Of a stretch of DNA of 64,000 bases, positions 25,304 to 38,533 are shown one piece after another. Made by a program: the position numbers and the translations under genes. Each line of letters starts with the position of its first letter. Position 1 is the first letter of the stretch. The notes under the pieces were generated by a model. The model searched no databases, was not told the origin of the DNA, and saw only the letters and a program-made list of their open reading frames with translations. The stretch covers positions 92,320,001 to 92,384,000 of the forward strand of contig NC_086108.1 in the NCBI RefSeq assembly GCF_963921235.1, given 5' to 3'. The stretch comes from Mobula hypostoma (lineage: Eukaryota).

Positions 25304-27340
25304 TGAGCAAACATAAAGTGCAAAGGAGAGGCAAGAGTAGATATTGGACTACTGGAAAACAATGCTGGAGAGGTAGTATTGGGGGACAACGAAATGGCAG
25401 CGAAATATTTTGCATCAATCTTCACTGTGGAAGACACCAGCAGTATGGTGGAAGTTCCAGGTGTCAGGAGCCATGAAGTGTGTAATGTTACCGTAACTAG
25501 AGAGAAGGCTCTTCGGAAACTGAAAGGTCTGAAGGTGGATAAGTCATCTGGACCGGATAGGATACATCCCAGAGTTCTGAAAAAGGTAGCTGAAGAGATT
25601 TTTTAAATTCATTTACGGGATGTGCACATCGCCAGCTAAGCCAGAATTTATTGCCCATCTCTAGCTGCCCTTGAGAAGGTGGTGATGAGCTGCCTTCTTG
25701 ATCAGCTGTAGGTACACCCTCAGTGCTGTTAGGGATGGAATTCCATGATTTTGACCCAGCAACAATGAAGGAATGGGGATATGTTTCCAGGTCAGGATGG
25801 TGAGTGATTCCACAAGTCAGGATTGTGGAGGCATTAGTGATGATCTTTCAAGAAACACTAGATTAAGGAATGGTTCTGGAAGACTGGAAAATTGCAAATG
25901 TCACTCCACTCATCAAGAAGGGAGTCAGAAAAAAGGAAACTATAAGCCAGTTAGTTTGACCTCAGTGGTTGGAAAGATGCTGGAGTCAATTACTATTGAT
26001 GAGGTCTCAGGGTACTTGGAGGCACATGATAAAATGGGCTGTAGTCAGCATAGTTTCCTCAAGGGAAAATCTTGCCTGCCAAATCTGTTTGAATTCTCTG
26101 AAGAAATAACAAGCAGGATAGACAAAGGAGAATCAGTTGATGTTGTGTATTTGGATTTTCAGAAGGCCTTTGACAAGGTACCACATATGAGGCTGCTTAA
26201 CAAGCTTCGAGCCCGTGGTATTACAGGAAAGTTTCTAGCATCGCTAAAGCAGTGGCTGCTTGACAGGAAGCAAAAAGTGGAAATAAAGGGAGCTTTTTCT
26301 GGTTGGCTGCCAGTGACTAGTGGTGTTCCACAGGGGTCTGTGTTGGGACCGATTCTTTTTACACTTATGTCTATGATTTGGTGATGGAATAAATGGTTTT
26401 CTTGCAAAGTTTGCAGATGATATGAAGATAGGACGAGTGGCAAGTAGTTTTGAGGAAATAGAAAGGCTACAGAAGGACTTAGACAGATTAGGAGAATGGG
26501 CAATGAAATGGCAGATGGAATCTAGTGTCAGGAAGTGTATGGTCATGCATTTTGGTAGAAGAAATGAAAGGGTTGACTATTTTCTAGATGAAGAGAAAAT
26601 ACAAAATTCTGAGGTGCAAAAGGATTTGGGAGTCCTTATGCAAGATTCCCTAAAAGTTAATTTGCAGGTTGAGTCTGTGGTGAGGAAGATAAATGCAACG
26701 TTAGCATTCATTTCAAGAGGACTAGAATTTAAAAGCAAGGATGTAATGTCGAAACTTTATAAAGCACTGGTGAGGCCTCACTTAGAGTATAGTGAGCAGT
26801 TTAAGACCACATATCTTAGAAAGGATGTGCCGAAACTGGAGAGGGTTCAAAGGGGGTACACAAAAATGATTCCAGAATTGAATGGTTTGTCACATGAAGA
26901 GCATTTGATAGCTCTGGGCCGGTACTCGCTGGAATTCAGAAGAATGCGGGATGACCTTATTAATACCTATCAAATTGTCAAAGGCCTTGATAAAGAGAAT
27001 GTGGAGAGGATGTTTCCTATGGTGGAAGAGACTAAGACCAGAGGACACAGCCTCAGAGTAGAGGGGCTTCCTTTTAGAATGGAGATGAGGAATCTCTTTA
27101 GCCAGAGAGTGGTGAATCTGTGCAATTCTTTGCCACCGGCAGCTGTGGAGGCCAAGTCTGTATGTATATTTAAGGCAGAGGTTGATAGTTTCTTGATTGG
27201 TCAGGGCATGAAGGGATAGGAGATGAAGGCAGGAGATTGGGACTGAGAGGAAAATTGGATCTGCCATGATGAAATGGCAGAGTTGACTCGATGGGCCAGA
27301 TGGTCTAATTCTGTTCCTATACCTTATGGTCTTATGGTCT
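25304..27340 (+). mobile_element. CR1 LINE RT and 3' UTR, interrupted at 25601-25820 by another repeat
   Basis: RT motifs in ORFs 25379, 25773 and 26422; GATT duplicated either side of the insert (25597-25600 and 25821-25824). Confidence 0.9.
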
Positions 27341-28007
27341 AAACCACTTCTGTAGAAAAACTTGTCAAGAACAGTCATGGTCATGGAAAGACCACAATCA
27401 CCTACATCATATGACACAGCACATATCAAATGAATAATTAGAAGTAGTAGTGAAACTAACTGAACATTTGGAAGATACGTGGACATATTATTAGCACTAG
27501 GTGTGGAATAAACACTGATGAGAATATTCAGTAGAGGCATACACCACAATTCATCATTTAGGCTGTAACTTTTGACATTCTTTCCCTAAAGCTTGGTGCC
27601 AGTAATGGGTACTAAGAAATGTCCCTCCCACCAGGCCTTGGACCTGCTACATGAAACTGCTTAAAGTTTGCAACCTTGGTTGGACCAGAAGTTGAAATGT
27701 CCCACTGCCACAAATAGTCAGCTCTGTCCATTGTTTGAGCTTGACTTGTATCATTAGTGTGGAACAGAACAGCAGTAATTCTGTTCTGCAATCAAGTTGT
27801 GCTAACTCTTATCTGAGGAGCATATGGTGCTGATATTGGGTGCTCAGGGAGTGGAAGGCTACACTTTTGTGACCCAGAAACAACACATGGTCTGGAAAAG
27901 CAACTTTAAAGCAATTTATCAGCAGAGCACTCTCCACCAGGCTGACTTGTTGTAGCAGATCCAGATCGAGATGTACACGATCAGTTAAATTATAACCCTC
28001 ACTCCTT

Positions 28008-28690
28008 AGACCATAACACATAGGAACAGAATTAGGCTATTTGGCCCATCAAGTCTTCTCCACCATTCTTTTCCTTCACTGAAATACTGCTACATCAGAC
28101 TTTACTTTCTCCCTATCAAATTTCAAGTTGAACTCAATCATAATGTGATCACTGTCTCCTAAGAGTTCCTTTACCTTAAGCTCCCTACTCACCTTCGATT
28201 CATTACAAAGCACCTAATACAGATTAGCTGATCCCCTAGTAGGCTCAATGACAAGCTGCTCTAAAAAGCCATACTATAGGCATTCAACAAACTCACTTTC
28301 TTGAGATCCATTTCCAACCTAATTTTCCCAATCGACATGCACGTTGAAACCACCCATGACTATCATAACATTTCCCTTTTGAGACGCATTTTCTATTTCC
28401 CACTGCAATCTGTAGTCCACCTCTCAGCTACTGTATGGAGGCCTGCACATAACCACCATCAGGGTCCTTTTACCCTTGCACTTTCTTAATTCAACCTACA
28501 AGGATTCATCTTCCGATCCTATGTCACATCTTTCTACTGATTTGATGTCACTCTTTACCGGTAGAGCCACCCCAGCCCCTCTACCTACCATCCTATCCCT
28601 CCATTACTACGTGTAACCTTGGACGTTCAGCTCCCAACTACAACCATCCTTCAGCCATGATGGCCATCAGACCTGACAATCTTTAATAGT
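28008..28690 (-). mobile_element. CR1 remnant: 3' tail joined to endonuclease-domain sequence
   Basis: 28008-28068 is the CR1 3' end; 28080-28690 is homologous to the EN region at 33250-33620 and continues further 5'. Confidence 0.65.
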
Positions 28691-29676
28691 GCAATTGTTC
28701 TTAGCACTATACCATCTACAATCTATCAGCAATTCTAGGTTTATCAATTATTATGTTAAAATATAAACATTCACTAAAGACTTTTTTTTTAGCTGTAAAA
28801 GTAAATGTCTTCTTCCCAAAATTAATTCATGAAGGAAAGGCACCTCTAGTACATTTATTATCAAAGTACATATACTGTATGTCACCACGTATACCCTGAA
28901 ATTAATTTTCTAGCAGGCATTCACAGTGGAATATTCACAATTTGAAGAGTATCACACCAACAATCATGACACAAAGAGTGCAGATACTGGAACCCTCTGG
29001 CATTCCTTCTATAAGGATAAGGTTCAAAGATGAAGTTTATTGGTCAAGTGTGCATAGAAATATCAAAACATGCAGCAAAATGCATCATTGGTGTCAAATG
29101 ACATCAGTGAGCAGCCTGCAAGTATCGCCCCTATTCCAGTGCCAACACAGCATGCCCACAACTTATGGTAAATGAGAGGAAACAAGAGCACCCAGGGGAA
29201 ACCCATGCGGTCATGGGGAGAACGGCAGAGCAATAGGCACTAAGGAATATCGCTCCCACCGAGCATTCGACTTGTTGCAAAGAAACTGCTTGATGTTTGT
29301 GACCTTGCTAGTTTCAGAAATTAAAGAGGCACACTGCCAGAAAGTGCCATATATTCTCACTGGACCAGACAGTCAGAATCTTTCTCCTGGGGAAGAAATG
29401 CCAAGCACTAGAGGACATGCTTATAAGGTGAGAAGGGAGGTAATTAAAGGAGATGTTTTAGGCAAGATTTTCATACAGACTGTGGTAGATGCCTGGATCA
29501 GAGTCCCAGAAATAGTGATGAAAACAGCTATGATAGTGGCATTTAAGAGGCATTTTGATAGATACATGAATATAGAAACATAGAAAAAACATACAGCCCA
29601 GTATGTAAGAAATGGAGGGATATGGATCATGCATAGGCAAATGAGATTTAGTTTAATCTGACATCATATTCTGCAC

Positions 29677-29990
29677 AGGGTAGCATGGTAGCATAGCAGT
29701 TAGCAAAGCTTTATAGCACCAGGAATCTCGGTTCTGTTCCTGCCGCTGTCTGTAAGGAATTTGTTTGTTCTCTCCATGGCCATGTGGGTTTCCTCCAGGT
29801 GCTCTGGTTTCCTCCCACATTCCAAAGACATACAAGTTAGGGTTAGTAAGTTGTGGGCGTGCTATGTTGGCATAGTGATACTTGCAGGCTACCCCCAGCA
29901 TATCCGTGGACTGTGTTGGTCGCTGACACAAACAACGCGTTTCACTTTATGGTTCAATGTTTGTATGTACAAATAAATTCGTCTTTAAAT
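29677..29990 (+). mobile_element. V-SINE (tRNA-derived head and V domain)
   Basis: A-box-like TAGCAGTTAG, B-box-like GGTTCTGTTCC, GTGGGTTTCCTCCAGGTGCTCTGGTTTCCTCCCACA. Confidence 0.75.
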
Positions 29991-30474
29991 CTCTTTAATT
30001 TCAGACATGGTGGGGCATTTCCTGAGCTGTACTACGCACTGTGACACATAAACAGAAAACAATAGAAGTAATCATCTCGTCAGACAGTATCTGTGAAGGA
30101 GAAACCAACTCAGCATTTTAGATTGATGATCTTTCATTGGTACTAGGAAAACCAATATGGCGAATAAAGTCAATCCTTGGTCCTTGAAACAAAGTTGGAA
30201 CAACAATCAGTCTTGATTGGCTACAATCCCACATTACCAAAGAGCTGTTGGGTCAACTAACTAAATGTCAATACTTTAAAAACCTAAGCAATTAGACTTT
30301 GCTATTCCTTGGCTTGCAATCGTGAATTAACAAATAGTTGAAGCTAACAAATTCGACAAAGAAGTCCGTCTATTACTGACTGTATTACAGTACACACTTG
30401 ACCATACCAGCTTTGAGGGCTTAGACACTCTGATATTCCAGAATATGGCTAGCTGGTGCAGCCTCTTTAAAGAT

Positions 30475-33400
30475 TAAGACCATAATACCACAAAGTACAG
30501 GAGCAGGAGTAGGCCATTCAGCCCATCGAGACTACACCATTCAATCATAGAAACATAGAAACATAGAAACTAGGTACAGGAGTAGGCCATTCAGCCCTTT
30601 GAGCCTGCACCGCCATTCAGTATGATCATGGCTGATCATCCAACTCAGAACCCTGCACCAGCCTTCCCTCCATACCCCCTGATCCCTTTAGCCACAAGGG
30701 CCATATCTAACTCCCTCTTAAATATAGCCAATGAACTGGCCTCAACTGTTTCCTGTGGCAGAGAATTCCACAGATTCACCACTCTCTGTGTGAAGAAGTT
30801 TTTCCTAATCTCAGTCCTAAAAGGCTTCCCCTTTATCCTCAAACTGTGACCCCTCATTCTGGACTTCCCCAACATCGGGAACAATCTTCCTGCATCTAGC
30901 CTGTCCAATCCCTTTAGGATTTTATACGTTTTAATCAGATCCCCCCTCAATCTTCTAAATTCCAATGAGTATAAGCCTAGTTCATCCAGTCTTTCATCAT
31001 ATGAAAATCCTGCCATCCCAGGAATCAATCTGGTGAACCTTCTTTGTACTCTCCCTATGGCAAGGATGTCTTTCCTCAGATTAGGGGACCAAAACTGCAC
31101 ACAATACTCCAGGTGTGGTCTCACCAAGGCCTTGTACAACTGTAGTAGTACAGTCATAGGCTGATCTTCCAGTCATCCATACTCCCCTGTCTTCTCCCCA
31201 TACCATTTGATGCCATGACTAATCTAGAACCTATCTCTGCCTTAAATGCACAATGACTTGGCCTCCACACCCACTCGTAGCACAAATTCCACAGATCTAC
31301 CACCCTCTGAATAAAGTAATTTCTCCACATCTCTGTTTTAAATGGACGTCCTTCAATCCTGAAGTTGTGCCCTCTTGTCTTAGACTCTCCTACCATGGGA
31401 AATAACTTTTCCATATCTAATTTGCTCAGGCCTTTTAACATTCGGAATGTTCCTATGAGATCCCCCCCCCCCCCCCATTCTCCTGACCTCCAGGGAATAC
31501 AGCCCAAGAGCTGCCTGACGTTCCTCATACGGTAACCCTTTCATTCCTGGAATCATTCTCGTGAATCTTCTCTGAACCCTCTCCAATGTCAGTGTATCCT
31601 TTCTGAAATAAGGAGCCCAAAACTGCACACAATACTCCAAGTGTGGTCTCATGAGTGCCTTATAGAGCCTCAACATCACATCCCTTCTCTTATATTCTAT
31701 ACCTCTGGAAATGAATGCCAGCATTGCATTCGCCTTCTTCACCACTAACTCAACCTGGAGGTTAACCTTTAGGATATCTTGCATGAGGACTCCCAAGTCC
31801 CTTTGCATCTCTGTATTTTGAATTCTCTCCCCATCTAAGTAATAGTCTGCCCGTTTATTTCTTCCACTAAAGTGCATGACGATACACTTTCATTTGTATT
31901 TCATTTGCCTCTTCTTTGCCCATTCCCCTAAACTATCTAAGTCTCTCTGCAGGCTCTCTGTTTCCTCAAAACTACCCGTTCCTCCACCTATCTTTGTATC
32001 ATCGCCAAATTTAGCCACAAATCAATTAATCCCATATTTCAGTTCATTGCATACATCATAAAAATCAGCGGTCCCAACACCGACCCCTGTGGAACTCCAC
32101 TGGTAACTGGCAGCCAGCCAGAATAGGATCCCTTTATTCCCACTCTCTGTTTTCTGCCGATCAGCCAATGCTCCACCCATGCTAGTAACTTATCTGTAAT
32201 TCCATGGGTTCTTATCTTGCTAAGCAGCCTAATGTGTGGCACCTTGTCAAAGGCCTTCTGAAAATCCAAGTACACCACGACTACTGCATCTCCTTTGTTC
32301 ATCCTGCTTGTAATTTCCTCAAAGAATTGCAGTAGGTTAGTCAGGCAGGATTTTCCTTTCAGGAAACTATACAGACTTTGGCCTATCTTGTCATGTGCAT
32401 GCAGGTATTCCATAATCGCATCCCTAACAATCGATTCTAACAACTTCCCAACCATTGATGTCAGGCTAACAGGTCTATAGTTTCCTTTCTGCTATCTCCC
32501 ACCCTTCTTAAATAGTCGAGTAACATTTGCAATTTTCCAGTCATCCGGTACAATGCCAGAATCTATTGATTCTTGAAAGATCATTGTTAATGCCTCCACA
32601 ATCTCTCCAGCTACTTCCTTCAGAACCCAAGGGTGCATTCCTTCACAACCAGGAGACTTATCCACCCTCATACCATTAGGCTTCCTGTGCAATTTCTCAG
32701 TCGTAATTTTCACTGAACATACTTCACTTCCCTGACACTCTTGAATGTCCAGTATACTGCAGATGTCTTCCACTGTGAAGACTGATGCAAAACACACATT
32801 CAGTTCTTCTGCCATTTCTGTGTCTCTCATTACAATATCTTCCATGTCATTTTCTATTGGTCCTATTATCTACCCTCAATTGTCTTTTACACTTTATAAA
32901 ATTTCTTCTTTATATAAATAGTTTCTTTTCATAATTCATCTTTTCCTTCTTAAAGACCTCCTTAGTTTCCTTCTGCAAGTTTTTATAAGCTTCTCAATCC
33001 TCTATCTTCCTACTAGCTTTGGCTTCCTTGTATGCCCTCTGTTTTGCTTTTACTTTGGCTCTGACTTCACTTGTCAGCCATGGTAGCGTCCTTCTTCGAT
33101 TTGAAAATTTCTTCTTATTTGGAATATATCTGTCTTGCACTTCCCTCCTTTTTCGCAGAAACTCCAGCCATTGCTGCTCTGCTGTCCTTCCTGCCAGTGT
33201 CCCTCTCCAGTCAACCTTGGCCAGTTCCCCTCTCATGCCATTGTAATTTCCTTTATTCCACTGGAATACCGACACATTGGAATTTAGTTTCTCCTTCTCA
33301 AGTTTCAAAGTGAACTTGATCATATTGTGATCACTGTTCCCTTAGGGTTCCTTAACCTTAAGCTCTCTTATCACCTCCGGATCATTGCACAACACCCAAT

Positions 33401-33620
33401 CTGGTACAGCCGATCCCTAGTAGGCTCAAGAACAAGTTGTTCTAAAAAGCCATCCCTTCGACATTCTACAAATTCTCTCTCTTGAGGTCCAGTATCGGCC
33501 TGGTTTTCCCAATCTACTTTCATGTTAAAATCCCCAACGATTATCATGACACTGCCCTTCTGACACGCCTTTTCTATCTCCTGCTGTAATTTGTAATCCA
33601 TATCCCAGCTGCTGTTTTGA
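30475..33620 (-). mobile_element. Older CR1 LINE (partial EN, RT, UTR), multiply frameshifted
   Basis: IVGDFNMKVDW, DFQKAFDKVPH and GVPQGSVLGP in ORFs between 31380 and 33646. Confidence 0.92.
30551..31153 (-). mobile_element. Young 5'-truncated CR1 inserted in the 3' UTR of an older CR1
   Basis: Nearly identical to 10645-11245; (CATAGAAA)n tail on +; TCATAG duplicated at 30545-30550 and 31154-31159. Confidence 0.93.
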
Positions 33621-34274
33621 TTCAGGCCCACTGTGCTAATTGGCAATCACGCTTTAGCACCCGGATTTTAATATTTAAAGAGCACCTGAACTGAGAATCG
33701 GTGCACAATCATTAGCTCAACTTTAGTCAGTCTGCAATTGTGTTTTTTGAATTTCTGTCTTGTTCAGATTCTCGCCTAGTATTTAGTCAAGAACTCTGAT
33801 CTAGTATCAAAGTGGTTGTAGCTTATTTAATTCACAGTAATCTTGCCCTTTACCACCCACTACTCACCTACAAATGATTCACAAAGTACTGTGAGGACAA
33901 ATGCGTGGGGGTTGAATTAATACACCAGGGTTTTATCATAACATCACTAAGTTTGGCACTGTTCTGTCAGTACTTTTCATTTCTAAGACCGTTATGCTTG
34001 TTCAGGGCTGAGCAAAAATCTATCTGCATCAGGCAATGAAGACATTATTTTATTAAGGACTGTAGAAGTACAAGAAATTATTGCTTTATAAAAGGAATGT
34101 AAAGCATAACATTCTCAATAGGAAGTCCAAGGTTATGTCTTTGCAAAAGGTAAGTGCTGGAAAGGCTGTTTGATAGGATTCAGATTGAGTTTTGGTGAAC
34201 TGCATTTCAAGACTCCAAGGCCATGAACTGATTGTGTCTTCAACTGCTTCCTACAAACTAAGTAACGCCATATA

Positions 34275-35725
34275 TTCCATCTGGGTAGCATGAATATTGA
34301 TTTCTCCTTCCAGTAAAAAAAATCCCCCTGCCCCTTCCTCTATTCCCCTCTCTGACCTTTTACTTCTTCTCACCTACCTATCACTTCCCCCTGTGTCCCC
34401 TCCTCCTTCCCTTTCACCTGTGGTCCACTCTCCTCTCCTATCAGATTCCTTCTTCTCCAGCACTTTACCCTTCCCACCCACCTGGCTTCACCTATCACCA
34501 TCCAGCTAGCCTCCTTCCTCTCCCCCCACCTTTATATTCTAGTGTCTTCCCCCTTCCTTCTCAGTCCTAAAGGACGGTATTGGCCCAAAATGTCAAGTAT
34601 CTATTAATATCTATCGATTCTCCCTGAAGCTCAGAGACCTCGGCCATGAACCTGCCTTGTGCAGCTGGATCCTGGACTTCCTGTCAGATCACCAGCAGGT
34701 GGTAAGAGTGGGTTCCCTCACCTCCACCCCTCTGACTCTCAATACGGGAGCCCCTCAGGGCTGTGTTCTAAGCCCCCACCTTTACTTCCTGTATACCCAT
34801 GTCCCTGTCGCCACCCACAGCTATAATCTGCTAATTAAATTTGCCGACTGCACTACATTGATTGGCCTTATCTCAAACAATAACGAGGTGGCCTACAGGG
34901 AAGAAGTCATCTCTCTGACATAGTGGTGTCAAGAAAACAACCTCCCCCTCAATATCACAAAAACAAAGGAACTGGTTGTAGATTACAGGAGGAATGAGGA
35001 TGGGCTAATCCCTATTGACATCAATGGATCTGGGGTTGAGAGGGTAAACAGCTTTAACTCTTGACATCCACACCACCGAGGACCTAACATCGTCTGTACA
35101 CACCAGATGTGTGGTGCAAAAGGCACAACAGCGCCTCTTTCACCTCAGACGGTTGAGGACGTTTGGTATGGGCTCCCAAATCCTAGGAACTTTCTACAGG
35201 GGCACAACTGAGAGCATCCTGACTGGCTGCATCACTGCCCAGTATGGGAACTGTACCTCACTTATTTGCAGGACTGCAGAGAGTGGTGTGGACAGCCCAG
35301 TGCATCTGTAGTTGTGAACTTCCCATGATTCAGGACATTTACAAAGGCAGGTGTGTAAAAAGGGCCCTAGGATCACTGGCGACCTGAGTCACCCCAACCG
35401 CAGTCTATTCCAGCTGCTACCATCTGAGAAACAGTACTGCAGAATAAAAGCCAGGACAAACAGGCTCCTGGAACAGCTTCTTCCACCAGGACATCAGGCT
35501 GATTAACTCACGCTGATTTGAGTATATTCGATGTTACATCGACTGTTGTATTTATTATAAATAATTATAAATTACTATGATTGCACATTGCACATTTAGA
35601 CAGGGATGTAAGGTAAAGATTTTTACTCCTCATGTATGTGAAGGATGTAAGAAATAAAGTCAATTCAATATTCAATTCAATTCAATTCACCTGCTGAGTT
35701 CCTTCAGCATTTTGTGTGTGTTGCT
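34275..35725 (+). mobile_element. Penelope 3' fragment (34275-34627 and 35689-35725) split by a Rex1/Babar insertion
   Basis: Pyrimidine-rich UTR and decayed hammerhead; the terminus resumes CCTGCTGAGTTCC after the LINE tail. Confidence 0.7.
34628..35688 (+). mobile_element. Rex1/Babar LINE, 5'-truncated
   Basis: WILDFLSDHQQVVRVG...NTGAPQGCVLSP...KFAD; KAQQRLFHLRRL; (AATTC)n tail. Confidence 0.9.
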
Positions 35726-36552
35726 AAGTAAGGTAGTGTTTTTGTTTGTACTAAAGTTAAATAGAGAAGTATGTTTTCTCCCTTCACATACCATTGCTAC
35801 ATAAATAATCATAAATGCACGGTGCAGAGGTTACTTTTCAACTTTATCGGAGGTAATTGTCAGGAAAAATGATGCCACTGCATTTAAAAGCTTTTTATGT
35901 AGCTACAGTACACAATATTCATGTTTATTTATTGCTATGTGGTATGTGAATGGAGCACATCTACTTTTATTACGCCTGCCAGGTGAGAAAATCACTTCTC
36001 TCCTGGGTAAGAAAATCCTTTATTTATTTCCCTTTGAGAAACGGTCAACAAAACCTTGGTGTGCCAGCTTTGCCCAGTTTGCTGTCATAATCTGACCAAA
36101 AGCGCAGATGCTTTTTCACCCACTTCAACACTCTACCTACCATAACGTGACAGAAACACAGAGTGCCAGATGCATTCAGCAGGTCAAATTACATCCACAG
36201 CGAGTGAAACACAGTAAACAATTCACATTAAGGTCCCTTCAGCAGAACTCGAAAAATGAAAAATGGAAAAGTGTTGCAGAGGTAAGGGATTGAGAGGTAC
36301 AGGTAATGTCTATATCAGTGTGCAGACAAAAGTTATCAAGGTAACAATTACATAGAAATTCTCAAAACAAAGTTTGGCTCTAATTACAATAATGACATTT
36401 CCATCAATGCACAATTCCACAAGAGAGATATTATTAATCTTTTCTTCAATTAAACCTTTTCTACAAAGCACTTACATTACTATTTATGACTTCCTTCACA
36501 TACAGGAACTTACTACAGTATATCAAGTCATACACACTAGAGACCAACTAGC

Positions 36553-36789
36553 CATTTATTTAAGAACACACACAAAATGCTGGAGGAACTCAGCAGTGCA
36601 GGGAGGTATTTATGGAAAAGAATAAGCAGTCAACGTTTTGGGCCGAGACCCTTCCTCAGGACGTCAACTGCTTACTCTTTTCCGTAGGTGCTGCCTGGCC
36701 TGCTGAGTTCCTCCAGCATTTTGTGTGTGTTGCTTTGGATTTCCAGTTATCTGCAGGATTTCTCATGTTTGTAATCATTTCTTAAGAAC
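36553..36789. mobile_element. Miniature fold-back Penelope terminus
   Basis: Inverted ~70-bp arms around one hammerhead-like motif; degenerate flanking direct repeat CATTT(AT/C)TTAAGAAC. Confidence 0.8.
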
Positions 36790-37384
36790 TTTGATGGTAT
36801 CTTAAATCCTCAGAAAAAAAATCAAAATTGAAGAGACCAACATCACACACTACATGTGATCCGTGTCCAAGGTAACCGCTGCATAATTTTGATTAGGAAG
36901 TAGGTTTTACAGTCAGGTAATGCAGTTAATGTACATATATAAGAATGCAAAGAACAGCAGGGACAAACTAGTCTATCCTGACCAACGGCAGCCGTTAATG
37001 TGATATTTTCGTATGTAAGTTCATGCTTGCAGCAGGACTCCACTTCACACAAATCAAGGACCGCAGAGGTTCTGGTAATGATCAGATATTTGGCTGGCTC
37101 ACTGCCAAATACTTGCTAGGCTGCACCTGTTCTTCAGTCCCGCACACCAACAAGACTGAAGGAGGGTCTCGGCCCAGAATATCGACTGTTTGTTCATTTC
37201 CCTGGATGCTGCCTGGCCTGCTGAGTATCTCCAGTATTTAGTGTGTATTGCTTTGGAGTTCCAGCTTCTGCAGAATTTCTTGTGTTTAGGCTTCCTTAGT
37301 TTCATCATTTTTCTTTTCAACATTAAGAGCAACACTATAGAATCAATCTCACTCTTTGAAAATTATAGTCCTGAGTTTCAATGA

Positions 37385-38285
37385 GATTGAAAGAATAGAG
37401 AGAAAATTTACAAGGATTTGCTGGAACTTGAGGACCTCAGTTAAAGGGAAAGGTTGAATACGTTAGGACTTTATTACCTGGAGTGTAGAATGAGGGGAGA
37501 TTTGATAAAGATATACAAAATTATGAGGGGTATTAATAGGTAAATGCAAGTGGGCTTTTTCCACAGAGGTTGAGTAAGATCAGAACTAGAGGTCATAGGT
37601 TCAATTCAATTCAATTCAAGTTTAATTGTCATTTAACCATACACGAATATTCATAATACAGCCAAATGAGACAGGGTTACTACGGGGTCAAAGTGCAAAG
37701 ACACATTACCAACAGTCACACACAGTAAGCACACACAAGATCAAAATCACATAATAAGAGTCCCAAGGCCCACCCCCACCGCAACGCCACGGCTTGATGC
37801 ATACAAGTCAACAAACACATAGCATATCTACATAGTCCAGAACCACCTCCGCCCCAGCCCACTAATATCATCCGTCGACTGGCCCTGATGCCCTCTAGGC
37901 GACACCATAGCTTCCAGGCCCAGACCTCGCACATACAAGCACATATAGACTAGAATGTAAAAACACAACCAGGCATGTATATATGTACTTATATATATTT
38001 ATAGGCTAAGGGTGAAAGCTTAAATATTTAAGGAGAATATGAGGGGGAGCTTCTTCAGTCAGAAGGAGGAAAGAGTGTGGAATGAGCTGCCAGCGGAAAT
38101 GGTGGATGCAGGCTCGATTGCAACATGTAAGAGAAGCCTGGATAAGTACATGGATGGCAGGGGTATGGAGAGCTATGGTCCAGATGCAGGTGGATGGAAC
38201 TAGGCAGAATAATAGTTTGGCATGGATGAGATAGGCCAAAGGGGCTGTTTCTGTGCTGTGGTGTTCTATAACTCTATGACTCCAT
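37385..38285 (+). mobile_element. CR1 3' fragment interrupted at ~37600-38005 by an antisense repeat with (TTCAA)n tail
   Basis: AGAACTAGAGGTCATAGG at ~37583 resumes as ATAGGCTAAGGGTGAAAG at ~38001. Confidence 0.7.
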
Positions 38286-38533
38286 GATGTCCAAGAAGGA
38301 AAACAGAGACTTCAATCTGCATCAACCATTTCCCCTCATCTGGACCTTAGTCTTCAGGTTCAGGCTATCACATCATTGTAAAATCTTCTTAGCTAACAAT
38401 CTGGTCCATCACACAATGCAGTAGGTAACAAGATTCACTCTGATTAGTCACAGGTTTAACTCAGGGTCCAACTTCATATTACATCCTCAAATGAGTTACC
38501 AAATGGTATAATCACACTGACTGGATAGAATTA

